The notes beneath the pieces are model-generated. The model made no database searches. It was not told the DNA's origin and saw nothing but the letters and a program-made list of their open reading frames with translations. A DNA stretch of 64,000 bases from IMG/VR virus record IMGVR_UViG_3300037070_003657, positions 225-64,224 of that record, one strand, 5' to 3'. Origin of the DNA: a virus (taxonomy: Duplodnaviria; Caudoviricetes). Both the position numbers and the translations under genes were made by a program. Positions 53,479-62,256 of this stretch are shown here, one piece after another. The number at the start of each line of letters is the position of its first letter. The first letter of the stretch is position 1.

Positions 53479-55398
53479 TCAGCCGTTCTCGCAGTTGACG
53501 ATCTCGAAGTCCACGCCGGACACGTCCGGCAGGTCCAGGTCCCGCAGCCTGCGGCGCAGGGCCTCGACGTTGATCGTCTCCTCCGGGTCGTTACCGCAGA
53601 CGCAGACGCTCTGCTCCACGGTCACGTCCTCGACCCGCTCCTCACGCTCCCAGTTGAAGCACACGGTGTACGACGAGGACTCGGTGGCGAGGTTGTTGTC
53701 GAAGTGGGCCTCGATGTCGGAGTCCGGCACTTCGTAGTACGACTCGCCGGTGACCTTGACCTCCACCCAGATGGTCTCGGTGGGCCGCTCGCGCGGGTAC
53801 CCTGCCTCCTCCAGGGTGTCGTCATGACCACAGCCGTAGTCGTAGTCGTGGTCGTCGAGCACCTCCCGCAGCGAGGCGCTCACCCGCTCCAGGTGACGGC
53901 GCATCCGGTCGGTCTCGGCGTGGGCGCCGTCGATCAGCCGCTGCATCCGCTGCTCGACCTCACCCACAGCGTCGGTGATCCGCGCCAGGACCTCGGTCTC
54001 CTGCTCGTCGGGCGTCAGCACCCGCTCGGTGTACTCGGGGTTCACCCAGTAGCCGAACAGGTCGTTGCCCAGGTGGTCGCGCAGGTGCTCGGGGATGAAC
54101 GGGCGCATGTCGCCGTCGTCCCAGAACCCCCAGTCCAGGCCGTCGAAGGTGTCACGGCCACCGAAGAACAGACCTCCGGTGCCGTCACCCCGACCCGTGT
54201 CGACGTAGGCCACCGGCGGACGGGTGTCCATGTAGTCGCCGGACGGCGGGTCGGTCCCCTCAGTGGTGTAACTCCGCTTCGGCAGGGACTCCAGCCACTC
54301 GGCCACCGGGTCCACCAGCGTGAGGAAGCGGGCCGGGACCCAGTACCCCCACATCCCGACCGTCTCCAGCGGCAGGTGGAACTCCGCCTGGCGCTGGACC
54401 GTCACGTCCCACAGCCCCACGTCACGGCAGGTCTGCCCCTCGATGGGCAGGATGCCGACCCAGTCCTCGTTCCTCGACGAGCCCACGTTCGGCAGGTGCA
54501 TCACCGTGAGGCCGGTGTTGTGGAAGGCGCGGCTGATCCGGGTGTTGTGGACCCGGTACTGCGGCTGGCTGTTGAACCACTCCGTCTGCCTGGCCTGCGC
54601 AGCCTCACGCTCAGCGATCTCCTCCTCCGAGGGTGCGATCTGGGTGTCCCGCACCCACTGCCCGCGCATCCCGACCAGGTCGGCCGGGACCTCGTAGGTC
54701 CCACAGTGCTCGGCCTCGACGATGAAGCCACCGGTGTCCACCCCCTCGGGTGCCACCATGAAGTGGGTGTACGACCCGGCGTTCCTCACCGGCGCACAGC
54801 GGAACTCCACGATCTCCTCGTCCCCGAACCACGACCGCTGGTATTCGCCGTGCATGGCGACGGTCGGCTCACGGGAGATGCGGAGGAGGGGCAGCGACCA
54901 GAGCAGCGCCTCCTGCCCGGTCAACTGCTCGACGTGCGTGCTCCGGAAGAACCGGAACCAGCACCCGATGAGACCGCCGGGGATGCCGTACTGCCGGGCG
55001 AGCGGTGCGGTCACCTCACGGAACGAGGCGTGTCGCTCCTGCCTGACGAAGCAGACGTACGTCTCGTCGTACCCGTCGAGGCTGGTGCGCATCTCGGGCG
55101 TCACGCCGCCGAACACCTCGCCCCTCAGGGCGCGCGCCCACGTCGAGCGGGTGGGCACGTCGAGCCAGTCCTCGGTGAACCGGAACTTGGGCAGGTCGGC
55201 CCAGGTCATGTCGTCCTTGGTGATGACCTGCACCCGGTCCGCTGCCAGCGGTGCGGTGAAGGTGGCGGCGGTGGCGAACAGCGAGTTGTAGGAGAACGAG
55301 CCGTTGTCGTGCTTGACCCACGTCTGGTGAGGTCGGTCGTCGAGAGTGACACGGATGCGCGAGCCGGTGGCCAGCGCTTCCAGTTCGGATACCTGCAT
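53479..55398 (-). CDS. large multi-module hypothetical protein
   Basis: 639 aa; recurring LP.(Y/F)R...G..G.W(V/F) units; SD AAGGA. Confidence 0.8.
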   Translation of the reverse strand: MQVSELEALATGSRIRVTLDDRPHQTWVKHDNGSFSYNSLFATAATFTAPLAADRVQVITKDDMTWADLPKFRFTEDWLDVPTRSTWARALRGEVFGGVTPEMRTSLDGYDETYVCFVRQERHASFREVTAPLARQYGIPGGLIGCWFRFFRSTHVEQLTGQEALLWSLPLLRISREPTVAMHGEYQRSWFGDEEIVEFRCAPVRNAGSYTHFMVAPEGVDTGGFIVEAEHCGTYEVPADLVGMRGQWVRDTQIAPSEEEIAEREAAQARQTEWFNSQPQYRVHNTRISRAFHNTGLTVMHLPNVGSSRNEDWVGILPIEGQTCRDVGLWDVTVQRQAEFHLPLETVGMWGYWVPARFLTLVDPVAEWLESLPKRSYTTEGTDPPSGDYMDTRPPVAYVDTGRGDGTGGLFFGGRDTFDGLDWGFWDDGDMRPFIPEHLRDHLGNDLFGYWVNPEYTERVLTPDEQETEVLARITDAVGEVEQRMQRLIDGAHAETDRMRRHLERVSASLREVLDDHDYDYGCGHDDTLEEAGYPRERPTETIWVEVKVTGESYYEVPDSDIEAHFDNNLATESSSYTVCFNWEREERVEDVTVEQSVCVCGNDPEETINVEALRRRLRDLDLPDVSGVDFEIVNCENG

Positions 55399-55417
55399 GG
55401 TTGATCCTTCCGTTGGG

Positions 55418-55431
55418 TTTATCCGGATAAA
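55418..55431. repeat. TTTATCCGGATAAA palindrome
   Basis: intergenic, upstream of SD. Confidence 0.95.
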
Positions 55432-55438
55432 GCGATGG

Positions 55439-56650
55439 TCAGAGGAGGTCGTCGAGAGTGACGGTGCCGCCCGGACCCTGGCTGGGCTCGGCACCGGGCA
55501 CGCCCGGAATCTCCATGATGTGCAGCGGCCAGCCGTGGTCGAGCGTGGCCTGGGTGCTCATCGCTGCATGGGTGTTGATGAGCGAGGCGTGCCACCCGTT
55601 GCTGTGCTTGTAGAGGTGGCCGTTGCCAGACATCGCCGCTTCCCGACCTCCGGTACCCAGGTGGGTGCCGAGGGGCAGGGCCTCCAGCAGGGTGCGACCG
55701 GCGTCACCGGTGGGCACCTCGATCCACATCGGCTGGCTGCCGTCGTGGACCAGGATGTCCTGGCTGCCGGACGAGTAGTGGCCCGTGTTGGGGCCGCACA
55801 GGTAGTCGGTGCCAGCCCTGTTCTGACTGGCGTGGTTGTTGTCGACCCGGACGGTCCAGTTCCAGCCACCACCGGTCCCGTCCCACCGGAAGATGCTGCC
55901 GAGGGGACTGCCGTGCCGCTGGTCCGGCGTGGTCCGCTGGCCGATGGTCAGCCCGGACGCAGGGGTGCCACCGTCCGGTGCCGCCGTCGCCTGGGTCACC
56001 GGTGCCGTGACGCGGGTGATGTTGGCGTCGATCCTCATCGACCCCACCATCCGCTCGAACGCACCGCACCAGGACTGGTTGGACTTGGCGCGCACGCCCG
56101 CCTCCCACACCCGGACCTTCAGCGCACGGATGCGCTCACGGTCCTCCTCGGTGGGAGTGGGGTAGGGACCGTCCACCCTGGCGAACCGGGCGCTACGCAG
56201 GCCACCGAACAGTGGTCGCCAGTCGGGGGCGAACGCCCCGAAGTGGTCCCAGTCCGTGCGCACCCCGACCGTGAGCACACGGTCACCCGGTGGGCGCAGG
56301 AGCACGTCGCTGTTGTAGACCCACATGCCCGGCTCCGCCTCGCCCTCGAACCAGCAGTCGAAGCCCTGGAGCAGGTCGTGGACAGGCCCAGCGTCGACAC
56401 CGTGGTCCCGCTGGAACCCACGGGCCATGATGCACAGCCGCTGACGGAACTCGTCGAAGGTCTCCCGCCTCCGGACCAGTGGGTTGTCGGCCACCTCCAC
56501 CTCGTAGCCGGTGAACGACTGTGCTGCGAAGCCGTCACCGACCAGGGTCTGGATCATGCCCTCGTCGTTGATGAAGTAGGTGCGGTCGAACGTGGTGCCG
56601 GGTGGCAGGGGGTAGATGTCCTCCACTCGGCGCAGGTTGATGGTCGTCAT
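55439..56650 (-). CDS. hypothetical protein with repeated (L)P.G(T/S) modules
   Basis: 403 aa; LPPGT, RPPGD, SPLGS, LPLGT. Confidence 0.75.
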   Translation of the reverse strand: MTTINLRRVEDIYPLPPGTTFDRTYFINDEGMIQTLVGDGFAAQSFTGYEVEVADNPLVRRRETFDEFRQRLCIMARGFQRDHGVDAGPVHDLLQGFDCWFEGEAEPGMWVYNSDVLLRPPGDRVLTVGVRTDWDHFGAFAPDWRPLFGGLRSARFARVDGPYPTPTEEDRERIRALKVRVWEAGVRAKSNQSWCGAFERMVGSMRIDANITRVTAPVTQATAAPDGGTPASGLTIGQRTTPDQRHGSPLGSIFRWDGTGGGWNWTVRVDNNHASQNRAGTDYLCGPNTGHYSSGSQDILVHDGSQPMWIEVPTGDAGRTLLEALPLGTHLGTGGREAAMSGNGHLYKHSNGWHASLINTHAAMSTQATLDHGWPLHIMEIPGVPGAEPSQGPGGTVTLDDLL

Positions 56651-56832
56651 CGTTGTTCCCTTCTCTGGATTCGTTTCCGGTTGGGGTCGACGGCGAGGCG
56701 TGCCTCAGCGTCGGCCATTGCGAGGGTGTGTGCGCACCGGCGACAGGTCACCGGTGTTGGGATCGTGCTGCTTGCGCCCATGTAGGGCACACCGCAGGCA
56801 GCACGACCTTTGACCGAGAGGTGGACGAGCAT
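56647..56832 (-). CDS. H-CG-CxxC zinc-finger protein
   Basis: VHL....RAACG...VTCRRC. Confidence 0.65.
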   Translation of the reverse strand: MLVHLSVKGRAACGVPYMGASSTIPTPVTCRRCAHTLAMADAEARLAVDPNRKRIQRREQR

Positions 56833-57044
56833 CAGCCACCACCGATCCATCGGTTGAGTTCGTCACGCATGGCGGTGACCTCGGCCCAGAACTCCTCGTC
56901 ACCCATGTCGGGTGCGAGGGCGTTGGTCCGGTCGATGAAGGGCATGACGTTCTCCTCGTGCCACCTCTGCCACGTCTCCGCTCGGGTGGCCACCGCCTCC
57001 TCGACCTGCTTCTCCTGGCCGGGGAAGGCGATCACCTTGCCCAT
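56832..57044 (-). CDS. hypothetical protein
   Basis: MGKVIAFPG, TGATG-coupled. Confidence 0.65.
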   Translation of the reverse strand: MGKVIAFPGQEKQVEEAVATRAETWQRWHEENVMPFIDRTNALAPDMGDEEFWAEVTAMRDELNRWIGGG

Positions 57045-57253
57045 CACTCCGGCACCTTGTTCAGGTTGCACGGCAGGCCCCAGGTGTTGCCGCGCAGGTT
57101 GGCGGGTCGAGTGGCCAGCGTCATGGTGCCGTCGCCGTAGGTGGTGACGAGGAACTCGACCCCGTCCTGCATGGCCACGTGCAGCGCCACGATCCTGTCC
57201 CGCTCAGCCCTGCACGCCGAGCAGAACTGCGGGTCCACGTTGTCGTGCTTCAT
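57044..57253 (-). CDS. hypothetical protein
   Basis: coupled; LATR......TWG.P. Confidence 0.6.
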   Translation of the reverse strand: MKHDNVDPQFCSACRAERDRIVALHVAMQDGVEFLVTTYGDGTMTLATRPANLRGNTWGLPCNLNKVPE

Positions 57254-57405
57254 GACTTGCCCTCCTCGTACCAGTTGAGCCGCCACTGCACGGTGGTCGG
57301 GCAGCGACGGCAGTCCACCTTGGCCTTGTCCGTCGTCATCGACACCCGCACGTCGGCCAGTCCGCAGGCCGGGCGGTAGCCGGGCCTGCCGTAGTGGGTC
57401 CTCAT
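57250..57405 (-). CDS. H-CG-CxxC zinc-finger protein
   Basis: THY.....RPACG...VDCRRC. Confidence 0.65.
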   Translation of the reverse strand: MRTHYGRPGYRPACGLADVRVSMTTDKAKVDCRRCPTTVQWRLNWYEEGKS

Positions 57406-57563
57406 GACTCGCTCCTGTCGATGGAGTTGAGCACCATCCACAGCGCGAACGCGGCAGCGACGCACAGGTAGATCGCCTGGCCCGTGTCGAAGTACAGCCA
57501 CAGGTCGTAGCCGAAGACGACTGCCATCGCCAGGTTGATGAAGACGTTGGCCATGTGGCTCAT
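57402..57563 (-). CDS. small membrane protein
   Basis: two TM segments. Confidence 0.6.
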   Translation of the reverse strand: MSHMANVFINLAMAVVFGYDLWLYFDTGQAIYLCVAAAFALWMVLNSIDRSES

Positions 57564-57734
57564 CGGGTGAACACCTCCATCCACTCCCGCACGGCGGGGT
57601 CGATGCGCATGTCCGGCGTGAGCACGCCGTCGAACGGCGGCTCGCTCTCGATGACAGGAGCGGTGACCGTGGTGATGACCTCGGTCTTGGTTGTCGTCAT
57701 GACTGATCCTTTCTGGTTGGGTTGGTTGACCCAG

Positions 57735-57748
57735 TTTATCCGGATAAA
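57735..57748. repeat. TTTATCCGGATAAA palindrome
   Basis: intergenic. Confidence 0.95.
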
Positions 57749-57757
57749 GCGGGTTTG

Positions 57758-57961
57758 TCAGGAGACGTTGACCCACCGCATGGCGGTCTGCAAGAGGTGG
57801 TCGTAGTCGCCAGACATGGACTCCTCCTTGTACTTCTCGACCTCTTTGCGGGAGACGCCGTTGTCGAGGAGCGCTCTGCTCACCGCGCCCATGACTGCGA
57901 AGGCGTTGCCGTCCTGACCGCTCAGTTGGACGTTGACGCGGGGGTACCTGATGTCGCTCAT
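57758..57961 (-). CDS. small hypothetical protein (L.G.DGNAFA.MG...SGDYD.LL type)
   Basis: motif I recognise from phage/plasmid small proteins; SD AAGGAG. Confidence 0.75.
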   Translation of the reverse strand: MSDIRYPRVNVQLSGQDGNAFAVMGAVSRALLDNGVSRKEVEKYKEESMSGDYDHLLQTAMRWVNVS

Positions 57962-58057
57962 GTGATGCTCCTTCGGTTGATGGGTTGGTTGGTCACCGGC
58001 AGCGCACGTGGCACAGCCGGAACAGCAGGCCGACGATCAGGTCAGCGACTCGGTCGA

Positions 58058-58543
58058 TCACCACATCACCTCCTCCGCGATGCGCCACTCCTGAGCGGGA
58101 GTGAGGTAGGCAGCGACGGCGATGCGCAGCGCCAGGTTGTGGTCAGTTGACTGACCGACCTCGGCGAACACGTCCGGCTCCTCACACAGCGCCACCGTCC
58201 ACACCCCATCGGGGCTGACGCAGTCCCAGTAGAGGCGGTCCCGGCACAGCAGGTGCGCCACCGTCTGGAGTGGTCCGATGTAGACGAACTCACCCAGGTC
58301 AGCGCGGTACTGGACCACCGGTGACTCGACCACCACCCCCTCCTCACGGCGGATGCGGACCTGTGCCTGGAGGGAGGGACCTGTCGGCACCCGGTAGGAC
58401 AGGCAGCGCAGGCAGTCCACCCTGTCGTGGTTGCGGGTCATCCGTTGACCACCCCACTGACCGCACATGGCACGGCCAGCCACCTGGTAGTGGGTCTTGG
58501 CCTTGGTCCGTCGCCCGTCGATGACGTTGGGCGTGGCCCTCAT
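58058..58543 (-). CDS. protein with N-terminal H-CG-CxxC zinc finger
   Basis: THY....RAMCG...VDCLRC. Confidence 0.65.
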   Translation of the reverse strand: MRATPNVIDGRRTKAKTHYQVAGRAMCGQWGGQRMTRNHDRVDCLRCLSYRVPTGPSLQAQVRIRREEGVVVESPVVQYRADLGEFVYIGPLQTVAHLLCRDRLYWDCVSPDGVWTVALCEEPDVFAEVGQSTDHNLALRIAVAAYLTPAQEWRIAEEVMW

Positions 58544-58881
58544 GAGGCCACCAACCAGACAGCCCGGTCGGGCGTGAGTGGGGCGTAGGTCCCCGGACCC
58601 AGGGTCCAGGGACGGCAGGTCCCGCACTCGAAGGGACGGTGCTTCAACAGGTACCCCTCGGGTACCCGCAGACCGAGGACGTTGGACCCGTAGTCGGCAC
58701 CGCACCTGTCGGTTGACCACTGCCCCGGCCAGACGGCACGCCACTCCCCCGTGGTGGAGCAGCGCACGTGGATGGGCACGTCGCTGCCGCCCAGCACGTG
58801 CCGGTAGATCACGTCCGTCCCGCTGGCTGACGCTGGCGCCGCCACCCCCAGCGAGAGGAGGACGGCCAGCACCCACCTCAT
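58540..58881 (-). CDS. small secreted Cys-containing protein
   Basis: signal peptide MRWVLAVLLSLGVAAPASA|. Confidence 0.7.
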   Translation of the reverse strand: MRWVLAVLLSLGVAAPASASGTDVIYRHVLGGSDVPIHVRCSTTGEWRAVWPGQWSTDRCGADYGSNVLGLRVPEGYLLKHRPFECGTCRPWTLGPGTYAPLTPDRAVWLVAS

Positions 58882-59108
58882 GACTCACCGCCCTGCCCGA
58901 TCATGAAGATGACGACCAGCGTCATGCACCGAGGGCACTCCAGCAGGGACACGTGCAGGTCCATCCTGCTCAGGTCCCCGCCGAGGCGCTTCCCGCACAG
59001 GGCGAGGTCCGACTCGCTGCCCTGGATGTGCCACGCACCGCCGCCCCTTGACGAGACGGCGTGGGCCACGTAGTCGCCGTAGATGGTGGCCCTGGCCCAG
59101 CCCTTCAC
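58878..59108 (-). CDS. H-CG-CxxC zinc-finger protein
   Basis: AH/WH...ALCG...ECPRC. Confidence 0.6.
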   Translation of the reverse strand: MKGWARATIYGDYVAHAVSSRGGGAWHIQGSESDLALCGKRLGGDLSRMDLHVSLLECPRCMTLVVIFMIGQGGES

Positions 59109-59155
59109 AGCCGACCCTTCCTCGACCAGTGCCCGATCATGAAGATGACGACCAG
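58894..59155. repeat. 26-bp exact direct repeat
   Basis: TGCCCGATCATGAAGATGACGACCAG at 58894-58919 and 59130-59155. Confidence 0.9.
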
Positions 59156-59269
59156 GTTGACGGGCAGGATGATGACCAACGCCAGCCATGCCTCGTTGGC
59201 CACACACAGGCCGAGGTTGAAGCCCAGCCAGATCATCGCAATGCCGAGCAGCCAGGCTGCGGTGCTCAT
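59105..59269 (-). CDS. small membrane protein
   Basis: 54 aa, two TM segments, coupled overlaps. Confidence 0.6.
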   Translation of the reverse strand: MSTAAWLLGIAMIWLGFNLGLCVANEAWLALVIILPVNLVVIFMIGHWSRKGRL

Positions 59270-59463
59270 GACCCGCTCCGGCTGGCCGCGTTGCCACCGG
59301 TGGCGAGCAGCAACATGCTGACCCCCCAGAAGATGAGGTCGTTGGTGTCCTCCGCCTCGTGCGCCCCGAGGAACTGGATCAGGGAGAAGAAGAAGGCGAG
59401 CAGGATGAGGACCGTGACGAGCACCGGCAGCCAGTCGAGGATGGAGTCGCTCCGCCTGCTCAT
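59266..59463 (-). CDS. small membrane protein
   Basis: two TM segments. Confidence 0.6.
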   Translation of the reverse strand: MSRRSDSILDWLPVLVTVLILLAFFFSLIQFLGAHEAEDTNDLIFWGVSMLLLATGGNAASRSGS

Positions 59464-59645
59464 GACGGACTCCAGACCATGCTGAAGGTGAAGCGCAGAC
59501 CGTCCTCCTGGCCGCAGCACTTGCACCAGTTGGTGGTCATCGACCCCTGGCTGAGCCAGGCACCGGGGTACTGGCTGAGAACCTGCTTGCGGGCTGGCTC
59601 CCACGCAGTCGGGCTCGCCATGACGACGTGCACCAGCGTCTTCAT
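59460..59645 (-). CDS. hypothetical protein
   Basis: coupled; CKCCG. Confidence 0.55.
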   Translation of the reverse strand: MKTLVHVVMASPTAWEPARKQVLSQYPGAWLSQGSMTTNWCKCCGQEDGLRFTFSMVWSPS

Positions 59646-59980
59646 CACAGCCCCTCCTCGGTGGGCTCGGGCGGGGTGGTGTCGGGGAACTGGAGCAGGT
59701 CGGCCGGGATGCCGGTGGCCTCGCTGAACCGGGCGATCATCTCCGCCTTGAACGCCTCGAACTGCGCGTTGATGAACTCGATGGTGGCCTGGTCCCTCGG
59801 ACCACCCAGGTCCAGGTCGGCCAGCACCTTGGCCAGCACAGGAGCCTGCACCCCGTGCTGGAGGGCGACCTGGCTGAGCGCGTCCACCTTCTCCTGCTCC
59901 CGCAGTTCGAGCGCGCTGATGAGCGCGTCGAGTGACTCCTCGACGGCCCACGTTCCTACGGTCTCTCTGATGGTGCTCAT
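59645..59980 (-). CDS. hypothetical protein
   Basis: SD GAGGAG; begins MSTIRETV, similar to MTNITETV of 52937-53272 including ALE.RE. Confidence 0.7.
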   Translation of the reverse strand: MSTIRETVGTWAVEESLDALISALELREQEKVDALSQVALQHGVQAPVLAKVLADLDLGGPRDQATIEFINAQFEAFKAEMIARFSEATGIPADLLQFPDTTPPEPTEEGL

Positions 59981-59992
59981 TGGTTGACTCCT

Positions 59993-60376
59993 CTACTTGT
60001 TGGTGGTGGCGGACTTGGCGAGGGCGGTGGCGAACTCGTCGCTCATCCGGTGGACGACCCTGATCTGCTGGCGCAGGCCGACCCTCGCCTGCTCGGGCAG
60101 GTGGGTGGCGCGTTCGAGGATCGCCTCGATCTTGGCGATGGTCATGACCCGCAGGATGGTGGTCTGGCCGACCAGCACCACGACCGGGACGTTGAGGTCG
60201 GTGGCCTGGTAGACGCCCCGGCAGTAGTGGATGACGTGCTCGCTGTCGGTCCGTCCGTCGAACGGGGTGAGCGAGCGTGCGATCTGCTTGCGCAGCACGT
60301 CGAAGTGACGGTTGCCGTGGGTCGGTGCGTCCCACATCGGGTGACGCTCGACCTGGATGTTGAGTGTGTCCTGCAT
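59993..60376 (-). CDS. hypothetical protein
   Basis: SD AAAGGA after a palindrome. Confidence 0.65.
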   Translation of the reverse strand: MQDTLNIQVERHPMWDAPTHGNRHFDVLRKQIARSLTPFDGRTDSEHVIHYCRGVYQATDLNVPVVVLVGQTTILRVMTIAKIEAILERATHLPEQARVGLRQQIRVVHRMSDEFATALAKSATTNK

Positions 60377-60394
60377 GGCTGATCCTTTCGTGGG

Positions 60395-60408
60395 TTTATC
60401 CGGATAAA
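60395..60408. repeat. TTTATCCGGATAAA palindrome
   Basis: intergenic. Confidence 0.95.
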
Positions 60409-60413
60409 GCAGG

Positions 60414-60953
60414 TCAGTACAGGTTGATGACGTTGCGCACGTCGACCGGACCGGGCATCCCCCGGAGCAGGTCGACGCGGTAGTTGACTGACATGACCGA
60501 GCGGGTCGAGTCGTTGTGGGTCAGGCCCATGACGTGACCCAACTCGTGGGCCAGGATGGAGCGGGTGGTGTACCGCCCGAACCCCAGGCACCAGTCGTTG
60601 AGGTAGATGTCGGCCCCGTCGTAGAGCACGACCCCGTCGACGATCCGCACGTTGACCTCGGGTCGCTCCCACTTGGTCCACCCGCAGGCACCGTCCGTGC
60701 CCGGTGAGTAGTAGCGATGGATGATGACGCCGGTGCACGTCGAGTCGCCCATCGTCAGGTGGACGGCTGACTGGCTGGCGTTCCAGACCTCGACCATCCG
60801 CTGCACTTTCCAGCCTGAGCCGGTGACGGGGAAGTCGGTGCGGACACAGACCTCGGTCGAGGACAGCCGGAACGGGGTGCCGTCATCGGCTGACGCTGGC
60901 GGTGCGAGGCACACCACCGTGAGTGCCGCGAGTGCGGCGAGTGACTTGCGCAT
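60414..60953 (-). CDS. secreted matrixin-like (metzincin) zinc metalloprotease
   Basis: signal peptide ending PPASA|; HELGHVMGLTH zinc motif and SVM Met-turn. Confidence 0.9.
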   Translation of the reverse strand: MRKSLAALAALTVVCLAPPASADDGTPFRLSSTEVCVRTDFPVTGSGWKVQRMVEVWNASQSAVHLTMGDSTCTGVIIHRYYSPGTDGACGWTKWERPEVNVRIVDGVVLYDGADIYLNDWCLGFGRYTTRSILAHELGHVMGLTHNDSTRSVMSVNYRVDLLRGMPGPVDVRNVINLY

Positions 60954-60978
60954 GGTCCCTCCTTAGGACATGGGTGAA

Positions 60979-61030
60979 CCCACCCCCCGGTGCGGAGTGA
61001 GGGAGTCACGGCCACGCACCGGGAGGTGGG
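60979..61030 (-). ncRNA. 16-bp stem-loop with anti-RBS loop (candidate antisense RNA element)
   Basis: minus-strand CCCACCUCCCGGUGCG-uggccGUGACUCCCUCACUC-CGCACCGGGGGGUGGG; loop complementary to the leaders at 62876-62890 and 63523-63538. Confidence 0.5.
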
Positions 61031-61042
61031 AGTTGAGAGGCA

Positions 61043-61588
61043 CTAGTCCAGGATGATGGTGTCCATGATCCCGAAGTAGCGCAGCACGTCAGCGATCTGG
61101 CTGAACGTGAGGTTGTACCTGTCGTTGAGCACCGAGCACCCGAGCCTGGGTTCGAGGTGCTCGTTGGTCGAGATCGGCTGACCACCGTGCAGGGCCACGT
61201 TGTTCAGTTCGCCCTGGCTCATGGCGTACTCGTCGGGCAGGTCGACGAAGATGTCACTCTGCTCCAGGTCGTGCTCGACCCCGAGGTGGGCGAGCAACTC
61301 CGGCGGTGCCATCTCCGCCCACTGGTCGTAGTACCCGACCTCGTCATAGACGGTCTCACCCTCCAGGGTCGGGCTGTCCCAGTCCGAGGTGTCCTCCTCG
61401 TTGATCGACAGGGACAGGTGCGGCACCAGCGTGCACGCCTGGCCCATGCAGCAGTAGCCGATGGGCTTGCCGGTCTCCTGGCCGATGGTGACCAGACGAC
61501 CGGTCCCCTGCGGCAGGGTGGTGGTGGCCAGGCTGTCCACCCACTCGTCGAAGTGGTCGTTGCCGGTGCCGTACATGATGGCTCTCAT
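61043..61588 (-). CDS. hypothetical protein (QG.G.L...YCC.G...LND...F.QIAD type)
   Basis: recurrent phage motif set; ATGA-coupled. Confidence 0.75.
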   Translation of the reverse strand: MRAIMYGTGNDHFDEWVDSLATTTLPQGTGRLVTIGQETGKPIGYCCMGQACTLVPHLSLSINEEDTSDWDSPTLEGETVYDEVGYYDQWAEMAPPELLAHLGVEHDLEQSDIFVDLPDEYAMSQGELNNVALHGGQPISTNEHLEPRLGCSVLNDRYNLTFSQIADVLRYFGIMDTIILD

Positions 61589-61682
61589 GCGTTGACCTCC
61601 GCTCCGCAGCACTGGCACGGCGTACCGGTGCCGTCGTCGGCGTGGTCACCGGCAGCGCACGGAGGGCAGTTGACCGGGGCGC

Positions 61683-61871
61683 TCACAGCGCACCACGCAG
61701 GGTGAGGAACTCGCTGCCGTCGATGACCTGGGACTGGAGCACCAGGTCGAACTCCGCCTCCGCCGCACGCCGCTCGTCCTCGGTCATCGGCTGACGCTGA
61801 CCGACCGACGACTCACGACGGCGCTCGCTCGTCCGGTACTTGGCCTTGTTCTTCTTGCTCGGGATGGTCAT
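61683..61871 (-). CDS. hypothetical protein
   Basis: SD GAGGA after a palindrome. Confidence 0.6.
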   Translation of the reverse strand: MTIPSKKNKAKYRTSERRRESSVGQRQPMTEDERRAAEAEFDLVLQSQVIDGSEFLTLRGAL

Positions 61872-61886
61872 GCTGCTGATCCTCTC

Positions 61887-61900
61887 TTTATCCGGATAAA
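61887..61900. repeat. TTTATCCGGATAAA palindrome
   Basis: intergenic. Confidence 0.95.
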
Positions 61901-61902
61901 CG

Positions 61903-62166
61903 TCAGGCGTTGACGGGGACGGGGACGGCGACGTGACGGGCCACGTCCCAGGTCATGACCTGGTCGGTGATGTGGCTGACGAAGTCGGGGGTGAGGCGGA
62001 CCCGGATGGACCGGGGCAGGCAGCCGAAGTAGGCGACGAACATGTAGCGGGTCTGCTTCATGCCGTCGTGGGCGTTGGCGTGGTACTCGCGCCACTCGTC
62101 GAGCCCCTCCTTGACCTCGGTCTCCAAGGCGGTGAACTCCACGGTGCGGTCGTCGATGCGCAGCAT
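61903..62166 (-). CDS. hypothetical protein
   Basis: SD AAAGGA. Confidence 0.65.
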   Translation of the reverse strand: MLRIDDRTVEFTALETEVKEGLDEWREYHANAHDGMKQTRYMFVAYFGCLPRSIRVRLTPDFVSHITDQVMTWDVARHVAVPVPVNA

Positions 62167-62206
62167 GACGTGATCCTTTCTGTGCTGAGGTGTGACGGTC
62201 ACAACC

Positions 62207-62248
62207 TCACCGCCAGCCCCGCACCATGAGGCACGGGGCTGACGGTGA
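62207..62248 (-). terminator. 15-bp hairpin (G.U pairs on minus strand)
   Basis: TCACCGCCAGCCCCG-caccatgaggca-CGGGGCTGACGGTGA. Confidence 0.6.
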
Positions 62249-62256
62249 AGCGGTGC

